Positions 1 through 11,554 of a stretch of 64,000 bases of DNA are shown piece after piece. A model generated the notes under the pieces. That model was given only the letters and a program-made list of their open reading frames with translations, ran no database searches and was not told where the DNA came from. The translations under genes and the position numbers were made by a program. The stretch's first letter is position 1; every line of letters starts with the position of its first letter. Source of the DNA: Antedon mediterranea (Eukaryota > Animalia > Echinodermata); assembly GCF_964355755.1 (NCBI RefSeq), contig NC_092674.1, positions 29,884,001-29,948,000 on the forward strand, read 5' to 3'.

Positions 1-161
1 TATATGGTAAATAAAATCACTGTTGCCCAATCACGATTCTCTAAATTAATACTCATTGCACATGTGCTAAGGTAACCTCGGTTAGTGTAACTACTATTAA
101 ACACATCATATCCAAATGTGCATAATTGCACACTTTGGTGCATTTTCTAAAAGTAAACTAA

Positions 162-298
162 AGCTCTGTATATACTATCAAACTTTATGTGACAAAAAAT
201 ATGATATGTAAATATATAGACATGATGATGTCATATCACTAACATTTTTGTGCACATAATATTTTTTGTCAAACTAGTTTGATAATGTAGACAGAGCT
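162..298. mobile_element. MITE family A (Tourist/PIF-Harbinger-like)
   Basis: TIR consensus AGCTCTGTCTACACTATCAAACT, TAA/TTA flanks, about 130-165 bp, about 16 copies in window. Confidence 0.85.
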
Positions 299-434
299 TT
301 AAAAGGTTACAGCCTCATTGGGCTAATTATAAAATTAATTTTTAAATTAATCCAGCCTAGAGAACCACTTCACAGGGCCACTATGATATAAAGTGCATGT
401 TAATTTTAATACGTTTTAAATCTTTCCCTTGTAG

Positions 435-524
435 ATATTTTGCTATGCCCTGAGCGCCGATGATGGCACTAACTTCAGAATGAAAATTTCCAGAGAAGCT
501 GAGCATTTTGTAGATTTATCGACA
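435..524 (+). CDS. OGT: O-GlcNAc transferase, first exon visible in window (gene starts upstream)
   Basis: tag|ATA...ACA|gtaagt; [30 protein letters not shown] matches the OGT catalytic N-lobe; phase 0-0. Confidence 0.93.
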
Positions 525-953
525 GTAAGTCATTTTACATGACAATCAGGATTATTCTCGTAATATATTAAAAAAAAATTCTAATAGCAACAACTTGTGA
601 CAACAGATGACCATACAAACTTTCGATGGAGTAAGAACAGTTTTCTGTTTGGGCTCATGCCTATTACTTGCTCCTGGCAAGATGAATTGTAAAATGTACT
701 TTTATGAACTTTTGCCGAATAAATAAAATATTATTATTCTTTTATAGATACTCTTTGTATCGCTTTTTTAAAGTCTTAATTGTATATAACTATATCTTTA
801 TTTTTTTTTTTTTTTTTATAACTTTCATAACTAAACCATAAAAGAAGAAAAGAAGCTGTCGCTTAAAAAAAAAAATTAGTTTTTGTCGATAAAATCAGCT
901 CATGCTGGCCAGGTAACCGTGAAATAAATAAATGTTGTTTCTTTATTTTGTAG

Positions 954-1079
954 GAGCCTTGCAATGGAAAAGCTGCAGACAGGATAAATGCAGATGGTAT
1001 ACATGTGTTGTTGAACATGAATGGCTACACAAAAGGAGCTAGAAATGAAATATTTGCACTCAGGCCAGCACCTGTTCAG
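954..1079 (+). CDS. OGT: OGT exon
   Basis: [42 protein letters not shown]; AG/GT flanks; phase 0-0. Confidence 0.95.
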
Positions 1080-1164
1080 GTAATTATATAATCACTGACA
1101 ACATTTCCTTTTATTTATTTTTTAGTCATTTGAATGTAATTTACATCGAAAATATGTTTTCTAA

Positions 1165-1294
1165 AGCTCAGTCTGCACCATAAAACTTTGTGATTTGGCC
1201 ATATATGGACCTGATGACGTCATATCACTACCATATTTAGGCACATCACACACTTTTTTTTCTCAAAACTAGTTTAATAGTGTAAGACAGAGCT
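1165..1294. mobile_element. MITE family A copy
   Basis: Both TIRs, degenerate. Confidence 0.8.
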
Positions 1295-1641
1295 TTAGAC
1301 ATAAATACATATTAAGTAATAAAAACAAAAAATTTAATGAAAAATTTCTAAAAAATGTTGCATTGTTCTTGTACATTCAGTGCCCTGATAGAAGTTATTT
1401 ATATAAGAGTTGATGAATGAATAATAATAAATGTTTGTCTCATTGACATGAGATGATGAGGAAGTTGGGTTTGCGGTACACCATGTGTACAGTATTGGTA
1501 TAATTGAGAATGTCTCAACGTCTTCAATAGAACGTTGTGCAAACCCATGTAATGTACCACAAACTAAAACTTTACTTGTGTGTTTATTCGCCATGGAAAC
1601 CTTTAAACAATATTAATTAATTGTTCTCCTTCCATCTGTAG

Positions 1642-1890
1642 GCCATGTGGCTAGGCTACCCTGGCACAAGTGGAGCACCTTTCATGGACTACATCATCAC
1701 TGACCGTAACACTTCTCCCGTTGAGCTAGCCCACCAGTACTCTGAGAAGCTAGCCTACATGCCAAACACGTTCTTCATTGGAGACCATTTGCACATGTTT
1801 CCACATTTGATTGAGAAAGGTTTGCTTGATAAAGATGGCAAACAGAGAAATGATAAAAACATCATCAATGCCCTCAATTTGAAACAACTG
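1642..1890 (+). CDS. OGT: OGT exon
   Basis: [21 protein letters not shown]...FFIGDH, OGT signature; ends CTG|gtaaat. Confidence 0.95.
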
Positions 1891-2104
1891 GTAAATATTT
1901 TTTTCTCTCTGAATTTTTTGAATTCTTTTTTTGTTATTTCGGTGAATTATAGTAATTGGAGATTTTCTAGTGTAGAACAAATAATTTGTGAACTTCCCTG
2001 AATCAGTCGTTTACAAACTATCACATGTTGCTCCCAATTTCAGCTACTTCCCATTTATTACAACCTCAGGACTTCCTTACCCATAGCCAATTAAAATAGA
2101 CTAA

Positions 2105-2261
2105 AGCCTTGTCCACACTATCAAACTTTATGGGACAAAAAAATGTTATGTGCCCATGTATGGACATATCGTATCACTACCATATTTAAACATATCGCTA
2201 CCATATTTTTCGGCACATCACACTTTTTTTGTCAAACTAGTTTGATAGTGTAGACAGAGCT
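2105..2261. mobile_element. MITE family A copy
   Basis: Both TIRs, TAA/TTA flanks. Confidence 0.85.
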
Positions 2262-2398
2262 TTATACATCTACATCTAGCACTATAGACTAGACACTAGT
2301 TTACACACACTGGGTGTCAACACCGGACATGGCTATGTTAACACTGTCTTGTATTGACACAACATAATAATTAGTATTATTTATATGAATGTTTGCAG

Positions 2399-2566
2399 GC
2401 TCAGGACAATAACATGAAGCCTGAAATGAATGGAGCATCAGATAAATTGCCGTTCAAAACAGTAGCGTCATCCATCTCAAACGCAGTGAATGCAATGGTG
2501 TCGCAAGGCCAGTTGCAAATATCAACACCACAGGGTGTCATCATCAATGGTCTAGCGGCTAGCCAA
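2399..2566 (+). CDS. OGT: OGT exon (divergent intervening-domain region)
   Basis: cag|GCT...CAA|gtaagt, 168 nt, ends IINGLAASQ similar to the OGT Int-D end. Confidence 0.88.
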
Positions 2567-2574
2567 GTAAGTAA

Positions 2575-2712
2575 AGTTCTCTCTGCACTATCAAACTAGT
2601 TTGACAAAAAAAAGTGATGTACCCAAATATGCTAGTGATATGGCATCATCATGTCCATACATGGGCACATCACATTTTTGTTGTCACATAAAGTTTGATA
2701 GTGTAGACAGCT
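2575..2712. mobile_element. MITE family A copy (opposite orientation)
   Basis: Both TIRs; begins 8 nt into the intron after an OGT exon. Confidence 0.85.
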
Positions 2713-3010
2713 TAATGCAATTATTGATGCCAAAGCTCCGTTCCCACTTGGACACAATGCAAGTATTTTGACAAATCTTGATCGATCATATATTGTGTTG
2801 TGGCCATGTTAAAACCAGCTTTGTGTACTTTGGTTGTACTCGCACCAATCACAATTAACTGAGATCTTTAGATACTAAGTATTTCACTTGTGTGTGTAAA
2901 TAATAAATATGGACACTGATAATATTTTTGAAATTAATCTGCCATTTAGTATGTTTTTTGATCAATTGTTAAAATGTTCTTTCTGTGATTGCATCGCCAT
3001 TCTTTTACAG

Positions 3011-3163
3011 ACTTTGCCAAAAGCCGCTACAGGTGAGGAAGTGCCACCCAATCCACTGGTGACAACTAGAAACATGTATGGCCTACCAGATGATGCCATT
3101 GTCTATTGTAACTTTAATCAACTCTACAAAATTGATCCCTCCACATTGTCCATGTGGGTTTCA
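3011..3163 (+). CDS. OGT: OGT exon
   Basis: [12 protein letters not shown]...[21 protein letters not shown]; ends TCA|gtgagt. Confidence 0.95.
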
Positions 3164-3364
3164 GTGAGTAATTTTGACAATGTTTTTTGCTTTGTTTATA
3201 GGTTAACGTTTATAATTCACTTTCCTTTTGATGATGTGTTGTACTGTTCCCTTTGGTAAAATATTGTGTTTGTATCTTAAATAATTAATCTTTAAATGAT
3301 TTTGAATCCTGAAAGAAGGCTACACTAAAATCTAAATTTGTTTTAAAATTATTTTTTTTTATAG

Positions 3365-3617
3365 ATTATTCAAAAAGTGCCAAACAGTGTTTTGTGGTTG
3401 CTAAGATTCCCAGCTGTAGGTGAGGCGCATCTCACTGCCACAGCCCAACAGATGGGTATCCCTGCTGGACGCTTGATCTTCTCCAATGTAGCTCCGAAAG
3501 AAGAGCATGTCAGGAGGGGTCAATTAGCTGACGTATGCCTAGATACACCGCTGTGCAATGGCCACACTACTGGCATGGACGTACTGTGGGCTGGCACGCC
3601 GATGGTCACCCTCCCTG
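3365..3617 (+). CDS. OGT: OGT exon
   Basis: [16 protein letters not shown]...[29 protein letters not shown]-GlcNAc-binding C-lobe; phase-1 end. Confidence 0.96.
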
Positions 3618-4001
3618 GTAAATACCATTCTACATTGCATCTTACAACTTGCCTTGTACAAGTTAATGAACGATAAATTAATAATAGAGGACCCCTTGAT
3701 ATCATTATTTTTAATTGAAAAACTGCACAGGTAAAGGCCAACTTAGACAATATTGTACGGTGCTGTGTGAGTTGAATACCGACGAGACTAGTTGTCTTGG
3801 AAAACCGTTGTGCTTTTTAGGTTGTCGAAAGAATTTGTTTAATTTTCTCCCGACGAGACAGGCTTCATTGTACGATGCTGTCCGAGTTGGCTGTTATCCT
3901 CTTTTTTTTTTATAAATGGTATATAAACAACACAAATACAAGGGAAAACAATGCTTTTCAATTTACAATTAAATATACAAATAATACATTTTTATCTACA
4001 G

Positions 4002-4321
4002 GTGAAACTTTAGCATCAAGAGTTGCAGCTTCGCAGCTGTACGCATTAGGGTGCCCAGAACTTGTGGCCCGCAACCGGCAAGAGTACGAAGACATCGCTG
4101 TTAGACTAGGAACGGACCCAGACTACCTACTGAAAGTGAGGAACAAAGTATGGTTACGACGCATGAAAAGCCCGCTGTTTGATACAAAACTTTACGCAGC
4201 AGACTTGGAGTTGTTATGCTATGCCATGTGGGAACGACATGCTAAAGGTCTACCGGTTGATCATATTAGACTCGCACAACAACCACATGCTTTTAAACAA
4301 CAACAAGAGGAGATTATTTAA
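4002..4321 (+). CDS. OGT: OGT last coding exon
   Basis: (G)[12 protein letters not shown]...SPLFDT...EEII-stop; AATAAA candidates near 4377 and 4987. Confidence 0.95.
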
Positions 4322-7300
4322 AAACAATGTACGCTGAAATTCTGCATGTTGTCTCCATATTTTTTAACAGTAAAAAATAAAACAGTTTAAATGTATACAA
4401 ATATAATGCCCAGGATTAATGCAGATATTATATGGGATGATCATTCAATAGAAGCATCGTTGTTTTTTAATTATGTTAATATTACTATAAATGCAACTTC
4501 TAATAATCTTCACATATTTAGCGCAAGCTCACTGGATTTTAATTTGATTTTTCAAGTAAACATTAAAGCTTCCGAATAAGCGGTTGTAATTAATGTTTAA
4601 TGATACATTAAATCTTTATTTAAATTGCACATGAAATATTAAAACATACAGTATAATATTTATTGATGTTTCATGATATTAAAAATGTTATTTTTAAAAG
4701 CTTATGTACTGTCTGTGTAATAATGTATATTGTAAATTGTTTAACATGTATAGGTAGTTATTATTGTCATTTGATGTTTTTTTTAATTTTGTTTTTGTGT
4801 GATTGATTGAGAGTTGGAGTTTGCTATACAGAAGAGTAACACTTGTAAGTGTTGATATAGGAAGAGGGTATCATGTTTTTATTTATGGAATTGTTATTAG
4901 CATAGGGTGAATATTAAATCAACATTGCTTTTCAGGAGTAGTAACAGCTATAGCTTATTGTATATAGGTTTAACACATGTATGCTGAATAAACGCCTTCA
5001 TTTAACTAAACATTATCGTTTTTTATTACTTCTTTTAATACAGTAACAAAAAATCATTTTAATCTATAAAAAATAGTTCTGATTAAATGTTTTTTTTTTA
5101 ATATTTCTCGATATGGTTTGATAGAAGACGTTGCTAATTTTGTACTTATGAACGCATGCCCATACGCCTATACCCAAATAAGGAGAGTGATTGCTTGGCG
5201 GCGATCGTCTGACACTACTTTCGGCCAATCAGATCACTGGGTTGCTTGGACGAAAAAGCGCGGCGGTTTTTGGATTTATGTGAAGTTTACAAGAAAACAG
5301 CGTCAGTCAAAATACCGGCAAAACGTGAGTAAATTAATTTTTGATGGAAGGTCTAAGTTATACATATAATATACATTATTCATTTACCAATTATGATAGT
5401 AAAATAGCCTCAAATATGCACTTACTTGGGTAATAGACCAGGTTTTCGCTAGGCCTATTTTTTAAATTGTCAACGGTAGTACCTAAAGCCACCCATGATG
5501 GACTTAGGCCTAAGTTTGTTCCTGCCGGTCGTTTAAACTTGCAACTTGGGGGTACACTGTAGTGAGTAGTTAGTTGACTAATTAAACAAAATGCATACAT
5601 TTCTGAATTATCATGGCCTATACAAACAGTGTTTTTACTTATAGATACTAGCCAATGTGACTAGGCCTACACATTTTGATTTTAAGCAGGCCTATGTGAG
5701 TTTGATTTTGGGTGGTTTTGGTTGCGCGTCGTACGAAATTACACACGCGATCTGAAAGTTGTCTGCCGTCATTACTACGTCATAAAATCGAAAATGAATT
5801 AAAACATGGATGGCAAGTTAAAAAATGAAATGATCAACTTATCAACGACGTCATCGGAAGTGAAACTTCTACTTGCACAGCAGTAAGTTCATTTTCTCTG
5901 TTTTTAATTAATTAGGCATAAACTCAATATAAAAAACTGTAGGCCTAACCAAACCTATATAAGCTACAATCGAAAAAACAAAGTTTATTTTAGTTCCAAA
6001 ATAGATAGAATTTAAGTAGAGTTATAACACGCTGTTGTGCATCATTATTTTATTGTTTTTTCTGACTTGTTTTATCACAGACAAGTCTATTCGTCACAAC
6101 TTCGTATTGAACTAATGTTAGACCTACAGTAATTACGTTAAAAAAAAACACAAATGTTTTAATTTTATTGTTGGAGGAAAATACAATAAATAGTTTATTT
6201 GTTGCAATAGAATGAGTCATGAGAGATAATGACTGACTCCACCCAAAAACATTACACTATGGAGGAAAAAATAAATGATTAACGTCGTGCATTAGTAATA
6301 ACGCTAGATAAACACACATAAAGAAACATTCTCATTGTGAGAATTGGTCACTATAAAAACACTATTGTAAACACCTTGACATTTACCGATCTCCAAGAAG
6401 ATCGATCATGAAATACTAATTGCTAATTTAAAATAAGGTATTGTATGATCTGAGTGAAGGTTTTCCCATAACGACATTTTGATTTAAATAATGTCCCTAG
6501 AGAGTTAAAACCGAACGTTCTAAAAGATTTATCACTAATTTTGGTCTTTTCAATTCTTAGTACGGTAGTTTATCTTCCTGATAAGAGTTTTCGTTTTGTT
6601 GTTTTCTTTTTTTGTTGTCCCGTATTTGTAAATAATACCGTATGTATTTTTACACAAATTATGTTTTTTGAAGAGATATACTTTTTACCTATATTTTTAT
6701 ACGTACTATTTTAGTTAAACTTCAATTTTATTTGAGATTGCAATACACTTTCCTCGTATCGTAGGCCTGCCTGATTATTCCCATCAATGAAAATGTTCAT
6801 TGTAATTAAAATTTAGAACAATACAGTATACCAATTAATTACTAACATGGATTCAACGAATTGGTTTCCATGATGATACATAAATTAATTTAGGGTTTGT
6901 ACTTGTTCTCCAATTAATGATGTTTTGTACATCATAACATGGTTTTCTTGGCATTTTGTGTGCATTTAAATTAATATTGATTGGTTAAAACATAGTCAAT
7001 AGATTGACTATGGTTAAATCTTACGAAGCGTGCTTGATTAATTGATTAAAATCTTTGAAAAGAGAGAACGTCAATGATTTAATTTAATAAGGCCCTTAAC
7101 GAATCTGACGTCATAAAAATATTTTAGGCCTACTAACTATCTTTGGGTGGGGAGGATCGAGTCGAAAGAGATTGTTTAACTGTGTGTGTATCACGTTATG
7201 TTGTAGGCTACGATATAATGTATTCACATTCAATTTTAGCAAATATTTACACACTGTTTACATCTTCGACTCTATGGCTGTTACTACGGTAGGCGCGCAC

Positions 7301-7818
7301 GCGTAACCCAAAATAATTTGACCAATCACAAGTGACAGTTCGGATTATCAGTAGTCAAATTAATACAGTATAGGCTTTATACAATACTTTTTTCTTATTT
7401 TGTTTTCACGGAACGGAAGACGGTGCCGTTAAATATTATGGAAAAACATGATTTGTTCCGTGAAACGATTCAAGAGTAAAATGTAGCTTTAGGGCTACTA
7501 GTTTATTCATTTATTTTCAGTCAGATTCGACAGAGGGAAAAATGCCACAATAGATAATGGATTAAAACTATCTAAAACAATATTAAAAACATTTGTACGT
7601 CGTCGTCGATCCTATGTTGCGTCTTAAATAAGAACCTAGTATAATAATATGGCGGCGTATATGAAAAGGCTTTTACAAAGTATATACAGTATAACAGCTT
7701 CATGAATGATGAGTATGTTAGTGGGAATACATTAAATTGATGTCGCAATCGCCATGGTAATTTGGAACTAATTGGAATTACGTCAAGGTCGTATACAATC
7801 TTGCAGATGCATTGCGTA

Positions 7819-8262
7819 TACATTATCTCGTCAACCTTATGAATGTTTTAACTTGTTATTTTTGCATACAGTTTTCACGTCAATACATTGTACGATTGTG
7901 GTAAACGGTACTGTGCTCCGATACGGAAGCTTTGAATGACCACCCACATGTTGCATAGATAATTTAACACATTATCTTGTCCAACTTCTGAATGTTTAAA
8001 CTTGTTATTTTTTCATACAGTTTACATCAATAAATTACAGTATTGTACGGTTGTCATAAGCAACATTGTGCTCCGAAGTACGGAAGCTTTGAGTGACCAC
8101 CTACATGTTGCATAGATAATTTAACACATTATCTCGTCCAACTTCTGAATGTTTAAACTTGTTATTTTTTCATACAGTTTACATCAATAAATTACAGTAT
8201 TGTACGGTTGTCATAAGCAACATTGTGCTCCAAAGTACGGAAGCTTTGAGTGACCATCCACA
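7819..8262. repeat. Tandem triplication, unit about 149-157 bp
   Basis: ACATTATCT...GGAAGCTTTGA(A/G)TGACCA recurs at about 7819, 7968, 8125. Confidence 0.9.
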
Positions 8263-9089
8263 AACATCATCTTTTAAACAACACAAAATAAATATCAGTG
8301 ATGGAAGAATATTTGACAGGCTCTTTCTAGATCTAAATAAACCTGGAACTGCATTGCTTGTTGTTTTACTTCATAAATGATTCTTATTAAAAAAATAATT
8401 CACAATGCAATTGACATTTAAAAGTTAACATAACAACAAACAATAAATCCGAAGCAAAACAACATTTGATGTCTAATTTGTTTATTTAGCAACTTTGTTA
8501 AACTTAAAACTACCATCAATCAATTTTTAACCAGAATGTGAGAAAAAAAACACAACATTAAACAGGAATATAAATGAAGAAAGATAACATACATAACATC
8601 TGAATGTTAAACCAATCGTGACTTGGTTTGATAAATTTCAGCCATATTCACTGATAGCAGGACGCAGCTTAAAAATATCTCAGCAGCAAACGCAATAATT
8701 ATTTTAAATAATAAATTATGGAATTTTTTTATTTGGTTTTGCACCTTTCTACTATTTTAATAGATGGCAACTCAATGGAATTTTAAAACTATTTGGAATT
8801 TTGGAAAGTTATATAAAATTTTTTTTTTTTTTCTGAATTAAATATATTCTCATACTTAAACACCAAGCTTATACACTTTAAAACTTTATTTCAAATATAT
8901 TGTATAATATTATGTATAAAATGGTTTAGCCTTTTATATGTGATATTCATACAGTACATACATTATTTATAGTAATTTTATTTCATCAATCTTAATAATT
9001 TAAAGCAAAATTCTGAATTAATTTTAACATCAAATAATAATATACTCAAAATGTTAGAACTTTTAAAATATATATTTACATATTATGTA

Positions 9090-9124
9090 TGTCATGTCAT
9101 GTCATGTCATGTCATGTCATGTCT
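9090..9124. repeat. (TGTCA)n microsatellite
   Basis: About 7 units. Confidence 0.9.
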
Positions 9125-9260
9125 TAATGTAGATAAAATCTACATTTATTTTTCTACATATTTATTATTTTAATCTCTTAAAGCTCATACAAAAATGCAT
9201 ATAATTGATGACCATATTAAAGTGGCTATAAGTCCAACCCCAAAACCAAACTTCTCTTAA

Positions 9261-9491
9261 GAGACCATGTCAAAATTACTCTACTGCAGTTACTGCAGTT
9301 ACTCCATATTTTGTACTCTTTATTAATGCAATTATTTAGCAACTTTTTTTCGGTAATCCTACACACACTGTTTTTTTCCAGTAATCATTTCTTAAACTTC
9401 TAAATCAAACTAAAACTATAACCATACATTATTGCAGTAAGAAAATGTAGTTACTGCAGTAACTGCAGTGGAATAATTTTGAAACGATCCC
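9261..9491. mobile_element. MITE with about 50-bp imperfect TIRs
   Basis: CAAAATTACTCTACTGCAGTTACTGCAG at left is the inverted match of CTGCAGTAACTGCAGTGGAATAATTTTG at right; TTAA/TTGA flanks. Confidence 0.7.
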
Positions 9492-10460
9492 TTGACAAGA
9501 TTCATAACTTTCCTGTAGGATGGATTTGAACATTTGAGCCCGCTAAGGGTGGTTTGTTCTGGGAGAGTTGACTATATTACACTTTAGTTTGACACTCCTT
9601 GCCTTTAAACTTCAAGAGGTTTTTATACTCAATAAATCAATACAGTGTTCAGCATAGTTATATATTCAATCTTAAGAACACAATCTATATTACTCTCTCT
9701 ATAGTATTTATTATCATATATTTGACTAAATATTGATGACATTATGGTCGTACTAATTGTCTCATTATTTTTTATAAATAAACTCTCACACATTGTAACC
9801 TTTATTCATTTAAAAAAAATAGGAAAACATAATTTTCTTGTAAAATGTTCAAATAATGTTTATTCCCACACATAAATTTTGTGATATAAAAATTCACATT
9901 TACGATGCAATCGATTTAAAATTGAGGTGTATTGCTATTTCGTAATTTGCAAGACCTTCCAATTCCGGATGGCAAGAGGTCGCGGGTCAACTGTTTTTCC
10001 TAGAGGTCGGGTCACCTGTTTGCCTAGAGGTCGGGTCAACGGGTGTGTACATAATTAATTCGTTCCTTAAATACATTTGATATGTAAATACTAATTTATA
10101 TAAATGCCAGCATTTTTTTTTTTTAATGTTGCTTTGTAATTGTAAGTTTATTCTTGGCAGTTACGCATGTCTGGAGCAGCAATGGTTGTCTCAATTTATA
10201 CGTCATCAACAGCTGGAGCCTCAAGCCAGCTCAGGAACACAAACAACTTGTTATGAGTCACAAAGGTGATTTCCAGATGGAACCATCAAGTTTGTTAGTA
10301 GTACAATAACAAGAATCCTAAAACTAGGCCCAGAAACTTGTTATTAATGAACCTGTTTTGTGAAGATCAATTAATAAACAAACCATCCAATTTGTACAAC
10401 GATACCATAATAAAATTCTGTAGTCCGTATTAAAACCTGGAATCGTAAAACCATTAACTT

Positions 10461-10664
10461 TTACCGCGGTCTTTCGCTTTCTCTGTCCTCTATTATGTTT
10501 TTCAAAGCTTGTGTTTTTTCTGGGTCAAGGTCAACATAATCTACTTTTGAGGACAAATCTTTTTTGGGTGTAGCCTGAGCGTTGCTAGGAGTGTTTCCAT
10601 GAGATAATTCAGTGTAGACAACATCATGTTTGATTTCATCCGGCGATGTGGGCATTCCAATTCC
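10461..10664 (-). CDS. GAB: GAB/DOS-family docking adaptor, last exon (6)
   Basis: Tandem SHP2-type motifs VVYTEL and VDYVDLDPEKTQAL typical of the Gab C-terminus; phase-0 acceptor; TAA. Confidence 0.9.
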   Translation of the reverse strand, partial: GIGMPTSPDEIKHDVVYTELSHGNTPSNAQATPKKDLSSKVDYVDLDPEKTQALKNIIEDRESERPR

Positions 10665-10759
10665 CTATGAACAAGTAAAGACAAAATTATTGGCGGTGGA
10701 CATAGGAAATCAGGGGATAATCCTTAAGCGCAAAGGCTTTTTTCCAAAGGGTCCCTATG

Positions 10760-10836
10760 ATGTGATGTGGCCATATATGGACACGATGATGTCATATCAA
10801 TACCATATTTTGAGTTGAGTTTGATAGTGTAGACAG
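10760..10836. mobile_element. MITE family A partial copy
   Basis: Internal core plus one TIR. Confidence 0.7.
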
Positions 10837-10854
10837 TAACCAGTTGGCACTCAC

Positions 10855-11011
10855 CTTGAGACCAGGTTTAACAATAACGTGGGTGCCTTCATCATGATCT
10901 AGAAAGCGTTCACCGATTGGTGTTAAGGCATCTGAAGATGACGCGTTACTTGAACTGCTGTCGTGCCGATCAACCGGAACCTGAAGTTTGTCTTGTGATG
11001 CTGCATATAAT
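10855..11011 (-). CDS. GAB: GAB exon 5
   Basis: tag|A TTA TAT...AAG|gtgagt, open frame, phase 2-0 fits neighbours. Confidence 0.8.
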
Positions 11012-11158
11012 CTAAGAAAATGTAAGAAATTAGAAATTTGTTAGGACAGTGCCAAGTTTTGTGGGGAATTCTACCCACACCACTCATATCTGTGTTTATG
11101 GATCTAAAGTTTGTAAATAAATGATAAGGAAAGATAAGAAAAATAAAATGTGTAATAC

Positions 11159-11255
11159 CTATGATCTCGAGTTTTGTGAAAACTCTTTGTTTTTCTACTC
11201 TCACGAGGTTCATTATCAGTTGCATAATAGCTTCCATGCATTCCAATATTATCAC
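11159..11255 (-). CDS. GAB: GAB exon 4
   Basis: cag|GT GAT...AG|gtatta, open frame, phase 1-2 fits neighbours. Confidence 0.78.
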
Positions 11256-11402
11256 CTGTCACAAAAAAAAGAAGTCTTAATCCTTGTTCGCACTGGATTT
11301 AATTGATGACATTGGGTAGGTAAGGTTATCTTGCTCAAATTTACCATTTTTCCAGTCCAGTGCGAACTGGGGAAGTGATGGCTGTAGTGTTATATTGCAC
11401 CT

Positions 11403-11495
11403 AGGGGTGTCTCCTTAATAGGCATGTCCTCTTAATAGGGGTGTCCCTTTAATAGGGGTGTCCCTTTAATAGGGGGTGTCTCCTTAATAGGGATG
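11403..11495. repeat. GGGGTGTCCCTTTAATA-type repeat, Tc1/mariner-pogo-like subterminal remnant
   Basis: About 5 degenerate 16-19-bp units; transposon origin is inference. Confidence 0.65.
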
Positions 11496-11554
11496 TCATT
11501 TTTGTTTTGCTATGTATTATCAAGCTATTTTATGTGACAAAACAAAATACTAAC

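Noticed and set aside
1453-1640. Canonical box C/D snoRNA in the OGT intron
   Set aside because: C box present but no CTGA D box or terminal stem before the acceptor; kept only as a generic structure candidate
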